Positions 51,201-64,000 of a stretch of DNA of 64,000 nucleotides are shown piece by piece. Each line of letters begins with the position of its first letter. Positions within the stretch are counted from its first letter, which is position 1. The stretch lies in NCBI RefSeq assembly GCF_964204645.1, contig NC_134033.1:12160655-12224654 (forward strand), in the 5' to 3' direction. The position numbers and the translations under genes were made by a program. The notes beneath the pieces were generated by a model that saw nothing but the letters and a program-made list of their open reading frames with translations, did no database searches and had not been told where the DNA came from. The stretch comes from Tubulanus polymorphus (lineage: Eukaryota > Animalia > Nemertea).

Positions 51201-54200
51201 CGCAGCTTCAATGTCACAAACAAGATATTCTTATTACGTGAAATATGACCAACAGAAACAGCGATAAATTGGTCTGGGGATAGGATGGGTCACTAGAAGC
51301 GGGACGTTCTCGTGGTATTGTTACGATGGAAATTAGATGAAATAATATTGTCGCGAGTGGCTTCCTATTGAGGTTACTCTCGGGTACTCCCACAAAACTG
51401 AAAAGGCTGTCGGACCGGTTTCTCTACCGACCCTGTGAAAGCACCCTCTCGGGACACAAGTTTGAAACTGATGCATACAGCGCGCGCCTTGCTGTTCTCG
51501 ACTATGACTTCCTTCGCAAAACTTCCGGTCATAGTCATTCGATGTTTTTAGATGTCAGCAGGTAATTGAGATAGACGATAATTTTCACTTATCAATAACA
51601 TAACCTTGTCGGTATCAGACATCCGTCCGTCCGTGTGGAGCGACAGTAGACACGCATCATTATGGACGAGTCTTTAATATTAATGAAAGTATAAATCTGT
51701 CGCCTGAACGAACTTCGACTATAATCGTACCAAGTGAAACTGAATGTCAATTAGTCGGAACTATGGTCCGGAAATGGTCGACCACGGGACTCGCTGTAGT
51801 TGGGACCTAGTTTCAAGACGACAACGTTAAATGCGTTACAACCGAACTATAGTATAGTTATGGTTATTTTCTCCGACCACAAGTAGACTAGCTACGAAAA
51901 CCGAAGTTCACTCTGGGCCCACCCCATTCGATTCAAATCAGACATTAAGCTTTGTTTGAATTTCGACTATGAATCAAATATGTACTGGTATAATGGCAAA
52001 TATCCAGTTTGTAGTTCATTTTAATCAAAACCGTCTCGGTCGATGTTGATCGAGAATTGGAAGAATAGCGATTAAGTATCGAATGTTTGAGGTATCCAGC
52101 TTTAGATTGTTTGATACGTAGCTTGGTTTGTTTACGGGGCTAATGCTTTCATTGTTCGGATTTTGTCGATAAGTCGGCGACACTGGCCGATGATTTTGAA
52201 ACGGAGCCGAGTAATTAATTAGAATGCGCGCATCAATTGTTATATTTCGACACATGATTGCATCGCTAGGTTACAATGGCATTAACCCCAACTTTAAACT
52301 GGCAGGCACATTAAATTGATTGCAATTTTGCTCAAATCGTAAATTGCTTTTGCGACGAAACAGTTTTTATATTGAATCAACTTTTTTTTCCACGTTGCAG
52401 TTATCATCGTTTGCGCTAGTTCCGGTGACGTCAGAGAGATTATGCTGTTCGCGTCGTCGATGAAGCTGTTAGGCGGAGATTTCGTATTTATCGTGATCGA
52501 TGTCCTTCCAGGTACGTTTTATATGATGACAAAATGACTAATTTTCACCGCGGACCCTAAAACGGTAAAACCTTTTGCCGAGATGAAATCTGATTCACCA
52601 GCAGTGTTAAGTCGGATGTTCGCTGAATCCAGACTCATATCCGCGAAACAAGACGCAGGTTGTTTTGCAGTTGTCCGTTACGCATGCGTGACAAGCTCTC
52701 TATAACTACTGACCCAAGTGGACTGGTTCTACTGTCCATGTTAAAGAATCTAGCGTTTGGTAATCTAGCTGCCATTAAACGTGCTTCAAAATAGTATAGA
52801 TACATGCGTTGCTTATAGAACTTGTGTCTGGAATGTAAAAAAGAATTCTCTCGGGGTCTTCCAACAGCGTCACGATCAAGAGAAACCGAGGATCGAACCC
52901 GGGTCTTGCACGTAGTAAGCAAACGTGGTAACCAGTAGACCAACAGAACTAGTCTACTGACCAGTGGTTATACAGGTTGTTCTATAGGCGTAACATTGGC
53001 TCAACTGTCGTAAGATCAGTTTACCAAATGATTAATCCTATCATCAGTAATTCGCCCGAGAACCTCGTGGTTCTCCGCCAAAATCTAGGGATTCACGCCA
53101 TTTTGTTAAATGATCTCAATCTTCTTTTTTCTAAATACCAGAATCGCGCTTTGGAGTGAACACGTGGATGGGCGACGACGGCCGAGACGCCGAGGCTATT
53201 CGAGCTTACGAAGGCCTGTTAAACGTACACATATTGACACCGCAAACCGAAACTTGGAGATCGTTTAAAAATCGAGTTAGAGCAAAAATGAAAGATCCTC
53301 CTTTTTACTATACTATGCCGGATGACATTGAGGTACGTTTTCGATTTGAGTGAACTTCACGAGGCTTTAAAAGAATATCAACTCTAGGTAGATACATGCA
53401 GATGCCGGTTTCAAAAGTCCAAAAGTGGTCTTAAATGTTAGGACTGGTCATAAGTTATGAGATTGACTTTAGATCTAAGACGGTCTCTGACCTGGTATTT
53501 AGTCTGAGCCATAACTATGGAACCGGCCCGAATAGTGCATTTGCATTTGCATTGTCATCATTGTAGTCCGCAAGTATAACCATAATGACTAGGCAAGTTT
53601 TAATCAATTAATGATGATAATATAGGAGCCGAATTCGAGCCTAACTAAAGCCGCCCTTATACTCCTGGTTAAGTGGTAGTTTCAGACATGCCAGGGCAGG
53701 TATAGAAACTCATCACAAACTGTGACACGGATAATAATCGAAGATGCTCATTTCATATAACACCTTTCTCGTGGCATTAGGCTATACACACGGGTACAAT
53801 GATGCTCTCATTCTAACACAGTACCGCGTGCCCCAATCTAAAATAGATACGTGACGTTAGTATAACGAGAATCCCACGATATAATGAAGAAAAATTAAGC
53901 TTGACGAGAATTCTAACAAGGTTTTCTGTGAAGAAACAGAAAACCCTAAATATGATTCCTTGAGCTAGTACGTCAACGTTTCGACTTTATTCAGTCATCT
54001 TCAGGAGTGCTTAGTTAAAAACAGAAATTATGAACTATGTACACGCAGCTCAGAACAAAGAGACTAATTTAGGTAAAAGTGACGTACGTCAACTAAGGAA
54101 TAATATAACACAGAAACCATGGATTCTCGTTATCGTCACAACACGGGTATACTGTAAAATATAGATCCCACAATCACGAGATCGAAAAAGTTTTTAAAAT

Positions 54201-57200
54201 ATCGAAACTATTGAAATTTATTAAGAACCCGAATTTTCGGTTTTACACTAAGAACCACTTTCAAGGAACGGATATACTGTGTTATCAATCGTTAAGATGT
54301 CTGAAGTATTTTGTTATTCAGCACGCTATTGTTCGAATGAAACGGTCTTTAGACTTTGAAAAGAAGAAATATAATTTTTTATATCTGATAACGATTGTGC
54401 AATGTTATTTTCAAGGAGATATTTCGTAAATAGATTTTTGAATGGCGGGTTTTATATTTTATTCATTGTATGTAGGTTGACATCAGAGCGGCTAATCTGT
54501 TCGATGCCGTGTTGTTGTATGCCAATGCGTTGAACAAGACGTTACGAGACGGATTCGACGTCAACGATGGTCTAATTGTAGCTGATTATTTGTTCAACAC
54601 TCGATATGAAGGTGCGTCGATCGCAAAAAAGCGAGCGAATCAACACTGACAATCCGTAAAATCAGGTTTCTGGCGCTGGTAATGTTTACGCCAAAACTAT
54701 ACTTGTACCTTAAATCGGCTCTGATCAAAATGCAATTAATTTCAACTTAACGCGGGCTATGGGTATCATGAACCTATTCAATTTGTGGCCATTTGATTAT
54801 TTCATATGATAAAATCTAGTCTCATTTCCTTCGAAACGTTTCATTACATCACAATAGATATTTAAGATATGCAGGTGGCCAACTAACTATTTCATTTTCA
54901 CGCATTCTCATCATCAGAATCGCCATGCCACGCCTAATGAAATTGTTCTTCGATACGAACCCTGTGATTTTCGTATACGATATTACAATTTCAATTGCTA
55001 TTCCATATGGAAAGCTTTATTCGGCGGTGGACGTATAATTTTCTCTCTGACTGTAGTTTCATTTCCTGCTTGCTGCTCGGAAACTTTCATGATTATTAAT
55101 TCTCTTTGATGGTGTTTCGCGCAGGTTTATCAGGACCGGTTGTCATCGATTCTCTCGGTAACAGCGATCCGGATTACGCCCTCGAGAATCTCGTCGAAGG
55201 TCACATGGTCGTTGTCGGTGCCTATTACAATTCGAACGATTCCTTCCGGATGTTGTCCGAGGTTCGGTTCCACGGCGGGTCGAACCGGGCGCCCGCTGAT
55301 TCGCCCGCGTGCGGCTGGACGAATGAACTATGTAACCGAACCACCGGTATGTAGATGATACGTTGGAGTAATTCAGTCTATGATTACTCCAAGATAATAA
55401 GTACATTTCACCCAGTCCTAGACTGAGCGTGGGCAGTGTATGAGTTACTTCACTCGACTCGTATTAAACGCCTAAACCACCTATGGCAACATCAGTCACT
55501 ATGGTTCTTGGCCATTAACTCACACTCATAAAAATGGAAAAAATGCAAAAGTCAAGAATTCATTTCACCCCTGGAAATGGTTGTATCCACAGTGATCCCC
55601 GTCGCCCCTAGCGTACCAAACATCTGGCACACTAAGGTTCTCGGTGAAATGCATATTGGTGACTCACGATGATAAAAATGAAAAAAAAATGCAAAAGAGT
55701 CTAGAATTCATTAATGCATAAATCCCTTCAGCATGACAATAACAAGCATAACGAAGTCTGAATAGACAGATATAAGATATATCGTACATCATTAATGGTG
55801 CTTTGATAAATCAGCTTTCCCTCTGAAGACATGATCCAGATAAATGTACCAACCAGATTTATCGAATGAAAAACGACGTAAATGTATGCGTTTAAAAACT
55901 CCCTATTCTTTTCTTTAATACGAGCGTCTAGTGTGAGAGTTCACGCACAGCTTCGCGTGTTTTCCAATTGTTGTTGGAAGTACTGATCGTTTATTATTGG
56001 CCAATCAGAGTCAAAAATACTACCACGGCAAGAAAGACGTTCTGCTATTGGCAGAAATATTACGTATTTAGTATGATTGAATATACATGTATCTAAAAGA
56101 TGAAAAACAAATCTTTTTATTAAGTCAAAAACTAAAGACACAGTTTCATTTGATTATAATATGAAAAATTGCAGTTTGTCTTATCTTTCGAATTTGTAAA
56201 AAGGCGCTTCTCAGTTTATTATCTATTTTCCACGTGCGAATGTGCCTATTCTACTGTAATACGTGTTTATAAATTAGGGACGTATGGTCATTTCAAATTT
56301 CAGCTAACACAACGACTATCGTGCTGGCCACTTTAGGTGTGATGATTATAATCATAGCGATATTGTGTGCACTGGCGTATAGGTATGTTAAAACACACAC
56401 CATTTTCTAAAGATCAGCGATTTGCAACCGATGGCAATTTAACGATAATCATAAAGAATTAGAATTGCATTATTTGAATAGTTTTTAATCAATTTTGCTT
56501 CATTCCTCAACCCGCTGAACCGAGGGAGAGATAACAAGAATCTTTGCAGTTAGAAGTTTCTTTCTGGTCCCGATTAGGAAGGAACAAATAGAACAAAAAA
56601 CTTCCGCCGCCACCACCGGGATTCGAACGATATGAAGATTGCGTTTACGAAACTGACAAATGGCTTACTAAATTACATCATCTTGTATTCAAATTGCGAT
56701 TAACTTTTGTAGAAGCTTTGGTAATCTTCCTCACCAATCTCAAATAGCCATATATAACGTAATTTCTATAGTCTTCTTGTGGTTTTTGTATCGCAGAAAA
56801 TTCAAGATGGAAATGGAATTGAACGCAAAGGAACTGTGGAAAGTAGAATATAAAGATCTGTTATTCTGCAAGCGAGCGGTGAGCTTGGCAGGCAGTATCG
56901 GTACAAAGGTATGTATCCATATTATTTCCGCTAACGGGAACACTCGATGGCCCGATAGCGCGACCAACCTTCAAAACCACATTATTACTGTATCAGTTCA
57001 AGGAGGCACCGGTCTCCCCGATCAAAGGAGAATGCGAAGAAAAGGTTGATAGATGTGAGTTCGGTTTATAGATACCTATTATTCAAGGCTCTTTACCCGA
57101 AAATGATTGAAGAAGTGTCGCTTTCTTTTCAAAACAGCGCCAGGTCACGTCTCGTCTGAAAATATTATCCTCAGTCCTCGTCTGACGTCAAAGTTGTTCG

Positions 57201-60200
57201 TGAATATTGCGATTGTCACGTAGCGAATACTTTCAGCTTTCAGCGAAACTGAAGCTAATTAATTATAGTCAGCCGTGGCGGCGTCAACCTGACCTTTTCC
57301 CAGTTGGAAATCAGTGCGGTTTACTTTCACAAGTCTATATACATTTCGAGCAAACCATCATTATTACCATCAACTAGCGGCTTATTTGCACCGATATTAA
57401 GATGTAGAACATTCGATCAAATCTCATCAAATGAGTTATGATATTAATCATTCACACGATGATGCCATCTTCGTATTTTGTGTTTCTCGTTCTAAGTGTC
57501 GCTTCTAAACCAAAACTAAGACTAACCGTTTTAATTTCCTCGTTATAAGATGATATGTATTATTAGTATACACAAAAAGGATACAAAAGGGGAACGAATG
57601 ATAAACCATTTATAATTTCATATTAGAATTTATCATATTTCACTAATCTGTCGACATCTCACTTAATACGAGCAACCTATTTTTTTCCTATTTTCCCTTT
57701 GTCGGTACATATAGTAGACTTGCGGCTGTATTTGTTCAAAGTACCATGCTTGCGACCAGGTGTTTTATACTGTTTAGATATTTTAAAAAAACAAACATGT
57801 ATCTACCACTTTCTTGCAATTGTGAAATATTATTTGAAAGGTACCATGAACTTATCTTCCAATCATCTTCAACAACTCGTGGTTTTTGTTGTTTTAATGG
57901 TCACATTTGAATAAATCTCTATTTCAAATACATGTTTACATTAAGTCAATACTTTAAGTCATCTAATTCATTTTCCCATTTATGTTTATTTTTTAGAATT
58001 TGACAAAGGGCATCATCAACCTTAATGTCTTGGTAGATACCTGTTATTTATGTGTTATATCCTAATATTCTAAAATCGATGAACTGGAAGCCAGTGAAGG
58101 CAGTGAATCATGTTGAACTAGATGTTCACAACCCATAGGTTCTATCTATTGCTGTTGTAACTATATTTGATTCTTCTTCAGATTGGCAGCCGGCACGTTA
58201 ACGGACACCCCATCGGAGCGTCTATAGGTAGCGTTCGTCATTCGAACGACAAAAGCCTTAATAGCGTCGCATCCACCGATCGAGCTACTACCGGGCAAAT
58301 ATTTTCATCGGTCGCAAAATACAAGGTAAAAGTAAAATACGTTAGCGAGTAGCACAAATGATTCAATATTTGTCAGAGTCAAAATTTCGAGTTGACCGTG
58401 TATGAGTAAGGCGAGGTTTACTGTAACATATGTCTTTCTACGCTCGATAGGGCTGTCTAGTCAGCGTGAAACTGATAGAAAAAAACTCACAGGTCGTCAG
58501 TCGACAGACGTTAAAAGAGCTAAAAAATGTGAGTGCCAATAATCAACCAATCGATGATAGATTTCAAGATGGAAATTAGTACGAGAAAGGATTCCAACTC
58601 TCCTCTTTACATTCCTTACTTTAGATACGTAACTTGAATCACGAAAACGTAAATCGTTTTGTTGGAGCTTGTATCGAAAACGGCAAAGTCTGGGTACTGA
58701 TGGTGTACTGTAACAAGGGCAGTTTACAGGTTTGTAACTGGTATAACATTTCCTCGTTCTTGGAACTGTATTTCGCACAGACGACCGCCGGTTGCGGCCT
58801 TCCATCCGACCCCCGCGATGAAATCCCGAGTCGAATGCATGCATGGACAACAGGGATTGTTTTAGGGCCAAAGGTCAAAAATTAAACGCAAAACTTGAAC
58901 AAACTTCATATTTTCTTTTTCTTTTAATGAATTTTAAGATGCGAAACTTGTTTATTCTTGCTGATACGCCTACGCTACAACTCGTAATATATATAATTTG
59001 CATACATATGTTGTACAAGGGACCACATCTTCTCAACAATTAACTTCTCTTTTTCTGTAAATCGCCATCACATTAACATGAATATGAATTCCTTTTTAAG
59101 GATGTGCTTGAAAACGACAACGTTAAACTGAACGAACAATTCAAAATCTCTTTCGCTACGGATATATGTAAGGTATGTATACAATCCAATGCGTGAAGCC
59201 GATTGAACACTGTGTTGAAACGATTATATATACGGTAAAAAACAATTCAAACAGATTCAGTATTCCTGAATATGACTAAATATTTCATTTATTTAATCAT
59301 TTACTTATTCAGGACCCTTACGACTCCTTGATTCCTTTCAAAATTACCTCTAAACAAACAAACAAAAAATTTATAAGTGTTTGAAGTCTTTTAATTTGAG
59401 AAAAATGCTTGAAACTCCTTTAAAACTCCTTCAATTTTGAGAAATAGGCAACTAAAAATGTTTATAGTTGTACGGTATACAACGACTAAATCGATACAGT
59501 TGGGACCATGATTTTTTCCCCAATTAGGCGGCTACCGAATTAGAAAAAGAGTTTAGTTAGTGTAAAGGATAAAAGTTTGCTTACAAAACCACTGAATTAA
59601 TGGTTTCCTGAGATAAACAGTATCGATTTAAGAGGAGTCTACTGTAATTGGGATATGAAAGTGATGCTCCTCTGGGATTTGAAATTTAAAAAAAAAACCT
59701 TATATCCAGGAATGGCCGATCTGCATAGGCACCTGTGACTTATTTATCGTATCGATTCATTTACAAGGTGAAAGTTTAGAAGTCGAAATGTTGAAAATAA
59801 ACAACTCGCTCTAAGAAACCCTTTCGGACTCACCTTTTCATTTTTGTATTGTGGATGTTTACTGTATTATGTTTCAAGAAGCTATCGCGTACTAAGGAGA
59901 GATGATACTTTCCAGTAGTCGCGCGAGTAAGATCATTAAGTAAGGGTCAAAGTTCTGAGTCGGTAATCAGTAGACTAATTATAGTCACCGATGAAGTACG
60001 TCTACAGAGATGAAGCCGAAATTGTTATTTCTGTATGAACATTAAATTAGACTTCGATTACCTATAACAAGCTACGCGTGATGTTTTTTGCTCTACTCAC
60101 AGGGAATGGAATATCTCCACTCGACTAATATCGTCTCGCATGGTCGTCTGAAAAGCTCTAATTGCGTAATCGATACGAGATGGGTGTGTAAGATTACGGA

Positions 60201-62279
60201 TTACGGATTATACGCGTTTAAACGCGGCGTGAACCCGACCACCTCACCGCCGATCTCTCAAAGGGAAATCTGTTCGGGTACGTGGCCGTTAAGGAATACT
60301 GTGAGAAAGTAATATTGAAATTTTTGCTCGGTGGTGACCAGTCAGTTAAGCTGATTGGTTTATTGATGTAGATGGTATCCAGGGACAGGATTTGCAAACT
60401 GCTATCAGTTTTGTATCATACCCGGGATAATTCAGTTCATCACCGATTCTCCAAGAGGCCGAGGCATAAGTACATTTGCAGTGCTTAAAAACCGGTCCCA
60501 GAAATCTACCCGATATTCATGATTAATTCTGTCCGTCATGTTGCTTCCATTAGAAGAATATGTATTTTCAAAATAGAAATTTCTTACCACAATTCTATAG
60601 ATTTAAGCCGCTATTTTAACGAGTAAATGAATGTAGTAATTTTTGAACACGTATTTTAAGAAGACCAGTATATTTCTAAGAAAGATTTTGAGGCGGTTCC
60701 AAAATATATTCACAGTGTTGCATTATATATCACTCGCTTGATAAATCCATATCTTCGGTGAAAAGTTCTAAATTGTATCTCAAACCATGAGACAGTAACA
60801 AAGAGCCAATGACACTAAATTCCCAACTTTTAAAGGCACCTTCTTAAGTGACGTATTTTTTAATCAATCGCGTTAAAGATTTTAGTGCAAAAAGTGTTGA
60901 AATCATTCCAATAATGTGGGACCTGTGTACCGAAAAATGGCGCCTGGTAACTGGAAACCTCGCTTGCAGTCGTATTCATACGTAGGCTTTTCATGGGCAA
61001 ACTTTTTTGTAGCATTGCTGTGGACGGCTCCGGAAATTTTGAGAGCGGAATCTCCCACAACTGAACGGGGTACACAGAAAGCTGACGTGTACGCTTTCGC
61101 GATTATACTCCAAGAGATTGCGGTTAGGGGGCCTCCGTATTGTACGCATACCGTCGAACCCGAAGGTACGTCCTGTGGCTGCGGCTTATGGCTTTTGTGT
61201 TTAACTATCGTCAGAAATAAACCTTTCAGTAAAAATACAAAATAACCGATAGAATTAAAAGCAAATCAGTCCTACCTCTATCAGGAAATGGTGCGATTCA
61301 AGAATAGGGGACTATAGCAATATATATGTAGTGATAGTAATCAATTAAGTAATAATATTAGTAATTGATAATGATGATATATAATGATAGTAATGTATAT
61401 AGTAATCAATGATGATTAGGGAACTAAACCTAACCCTAACCCTAATCCTAACCACTAGTCCCCTATTCTTGAATCTTACCAAAATTACTGAAAAGAATCC
61501 CCGCCGGTCGGGAATCAAAGCACCTGGCATAGCAAATCATATTTCAATGCTTATCGAACCCTGATTAACTTTTTAACTACTATATTGTGTTGTTATGTTC
61601 AAATTCCAATAAAAACATTCCCTGTGCTATTATTGAACAAACACATATATGCCAATCGACTCCCAAATACCATGATTATAGCACCAAACTAGTCATTCGA
61701 TCGTGCCGGTCCCGAGAGTTAACAACCGAGAATCACATTTGTATGTGGAGATCGTCCGGGATCAATGTTTCATAATTCGATATTTTTTCCGTTCATTTTA
61801 CACACAGGGGCTCGTATCATAAGTTTGGGGGTGAACTGTAGCTTAGATCATCCAGTATCCCCGGTACTATATATATAAAAAGAACTGTTCTTTTTATATA
61901 TATAGTACCAGGGATAATGGATGATCTAAGCTACAGTTCACCCCCAAACTTATGATCGAGCCCCTGCGATTTTACATTAGGCAGAAATAGAGTGATTGAA
62001 GGTGGGGATCGAGGGCCAGGTGCCGTAAATCTCATACTCATGGTTTCGTTGCATACTCATAATATCCGATTTTCAAAATGTCAGTATATTTTCCCCGTAC
62101 ATAGATGTAATCGAAATGGTACAGGCCCGTTCCAGTCCGCCGTACCGTCCTCGAATACCGTGGGACTCCTGTAAACCGAAGATGCACAGCTTAATGATAG
62201 AATGTTGGCAAGAGAACGCCGCGCTCCGTCCAAATTTCAGCAAGATAAAATCGAAATTGAGAGCCATAAACAATAACAA
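48254..62279 (+). CDS. Receptor-type guanylyl cyclase (natriuretic-peptide-receptor-like): ectodomain, TM and kinase-homology domain; cyclase exons not in window
   Basis: In-phase GT-AG exons 48254-48926, 52401-52511, 53142-53332, 54476-54611, 55125-55346, 56304-56382 (TM), 56797-56908, (possible 57997-58032), 58182-58325, 58451-58528, 58625-58729, 59101-59172, 60103-60277 ([12 protein letters not shown]), 61013-61165 ([14 protein letters not shown]), 62105-62279. Confidence 0.92.
52878..52948 (-). mobile_element. tRNA-derived SINE head or tRNA pseudogene
   Basis: Minus strand has TGGTCTACTGG (A box) and GGTTCGATCC (B box); acceptor stem does not pair well. Confidence 0.55.
61290..61480. mobile_element. 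Short MITE with internal (ACCCTA)-like repeats
   Basis: GATTCAAGAATAGGGGACTA is inverted as TAGTCCCCTATTCTTGAATC. Confidence 0.7.
61805..61966. repeat. Near-perfect 162-bp palindrome (hAT-like CAGGGG termini)
   Basis: CAGGGGCTCG...AAAAGAAC-T-GTTCTTTT...CGAGCCCCTG; arms pair along their length with only a few mismatches. Confidence 0.85.
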
Positions 62280-63120
62280 GTAAGTGATGAATGTTTGAAT
62301 GGAAATCGTTGCAGTGACGCGGACGGATACGATTAGGCCAGAATCAAATTGGCTGGTGTCAAGTTAGAAAGTGCGTTCACACGTTAACCACTCACTCGTA
62401 ACATAACAAGGCGGAGTCCCTTCCGGAACAAGTGACAATTCACACGCTATATATAATTTGAGCGGTGCTAAATTCGGCGCGAGCGCTGACGTTTTGGTAC
62501 GGGCAAAGTCTGTTGGTTCCGGAAGTGATTACACCTTGTCCTGGAAGTGGTCGTTTCCACAGTGATCTCCGTGTGTAGGTACATCAGACCATGGTCGTAG
62601 ACGATCGATCGATATTTTTTCCCCTCATATCTCTTGTCTATCCTGGTTTTGTCTAAAAGTCTCTATAAAATAAGTATTTCTACTCCGTTCTTGAGAGCTT
62701 TTATAATCCCCGTCAGTGAACCTTAATTACAAACACTCTCCTGGTGAAAATCCTCCCTTTTTACGCTAGGCTGCTTCACGCCGACAAAACCTTGTTCGAG
62801 CATCCCCTTAGATCTTGGGCAAGTTCGTATCATTTTGCCAAATATTTTGGTTTAGGTAAATCAAGTATCGAAAGGGAAATTGAGTGCTTAAATAAATGTT
62901 ACAACTCGCAGTAACTACGACTAATTGATGACCGATCCGCGATCCTCGCTTCCCAGAAAGGAAAAGAAAATAATACCGGTTTTCAAATTCGGTATCAAAA
63001 GATTTCCTTTATTTACATAACTTTTTCACGCTATACAAGTAAATGCGTTCGAGAACTTTCCCTACATCAACCGCCCATTAGTATCCTACGCTAAAACGCG
63101 TCAGAGGTCGGGAACGAGGT

Positions 63121-63431
63121 TCAATTTTGCCCCTCGGAAGCGTCCTCGAATTGACCGTCATCGACGTCCATTCCCTCGTCGGTATCGTGGTTCCCGTTCG
63201 CGACGCCGCCACCTTCCACCGCTCCCGCTTGTAGCATCGCCTCTAATCGCGCCAACGTCGCTCGTCCCTCCTCGGTCAGATTTTCGGGCACCATATCTTC
63301 GGGACTCGTGAAGAAATCTCCGCCGTCGCCGTCGCCCCCGATCAATCCTTCGTGGTCGTCTCCCGATAGCGAGTCTTCCGGGTCGGGATGCAACGCTTGA
63401 CAGTCGCACATCGTCGTATACATGACCTCTA
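63121..63431 (-). CDS. CLNS1A: Last coding exon of methylosome subunit pICln
   Basis: MYTTMCDCQALHPDPED, LTEEGRATLARLEAML and GQFEDA match pICln; acceptor TTTTAACAG precedes 63431; AATAAA at ~63010 on the minus strand. Confidence 0.88.
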
Positions 63432-63573
63432 CTGTTAAAATAGAAACAAACTCAAATTTTGAGTCGAGACAAGTTCTACCAGCAAATTACACTAACATTA
63501 TGTTGAAGAACTTTTTTTACAGTCTATACTCGGTGCGAAATATAAATAAAGCTTATGTAGGAAAATTAAACTA

Positions 63574-63826
63574 CAATCAACCCCGATAAACCGCCCACAT
63601 CGGTACAGAATGATTTTGGCGGTATAGAGAGTATATTGGGGGGTGTTTAAATATGTATTTGTATAGAGATGTACATTGAGAAAACCTGGCGGTAGGCGGG
63701 GGTGGCGGTAAATGGGAGGGCAGTATATCGCGGGTGTTTTACTATGTATTTGTATAGAGATGTACATCGAGAAAACCTGGCGGTAGGCGGCGGTGAATGG
63801 GAGGGCGGTATATCAGGGGTTGACTG
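63574..63826. mobile_element. pogo/Tc1-mariner-type MITE flanked by TA
   Basis: TA-CAATCAACCCCGATAAACCGCCC...GGGCGGTATATCAGGGGTTGACTG-TA, with an internal tandem duplication. Confidence 0.65.
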
Positions 63827-64000
63827 TACAGACCATTAGTAAGGATAAATATAAGTTAATTTTATGTGGAAAACCATTTTGGTACAATCCCTACTCAGTA
63901 CTAGAAATCTTACAGACTGATACAGCAGATCCTCGTTACAACAAACTTCAGGAGATCAATACATCATTATATCAGCATTCGTTATAACGATATTCCGCTG

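Noticed and set aside
61425-61455. Telomere or interstitial telomeric tract (also ~29445-29530)
   Set aside because: Only a few degenerate units, enclosed by MITE TIRs.

Overview
Animal (invertebrate, intron-rich) genomic DNA with four main parts. (1) 1-9213 is the right-hand ~9.2 kb of an AT-rich Polinton/Maverick (adintovirus-type) endogenous DNA virus. It carries a major capsid protein, a chromodomain integrase with one nonsense codon, an A32-type packaging ATPase and several membrane proteins, nearly all starting at ATAAATG; its DNA polymerase is not in the window. (2) 10654-20210 is a 9.6-kb fold-back of two inward-facing ~4.2-kb arms of an internally deleted DNA transposon. (3) A segmentally triplicated block holds two spliced 2'-5' oligoadenylate synthetase (OAS) genes on the minus strand, head-to-head with the 5' end of a receptor guanylyl cyclase, including an orphan duplicate of its first exon; MITEs, Helentron-like elements and a LINE are interspersed. 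(4) The receptor guanylyl cyclase gene runs from 48254 to beyond 62279, with the last exon of pICln/CLNS1A antisense at the right end. The most striking unexplained signal is a ~290-nt GC-rich island inside the Polinton (8173-8461). By hand it folds into a long multi-helix RNA whose non-Watson-Crick pairs are nearly all G-U on the + strand. It has a loop-E motif and two long hairpins capped by the same self-complementary GGCGCC loop, and lies between a TATA box and a T4 run: a candidate undescribed viral non-coding RNA able to multimerise by kissing loops. All pairings, exon junctions and family calls were made by eye; no searches or folding programs were run.
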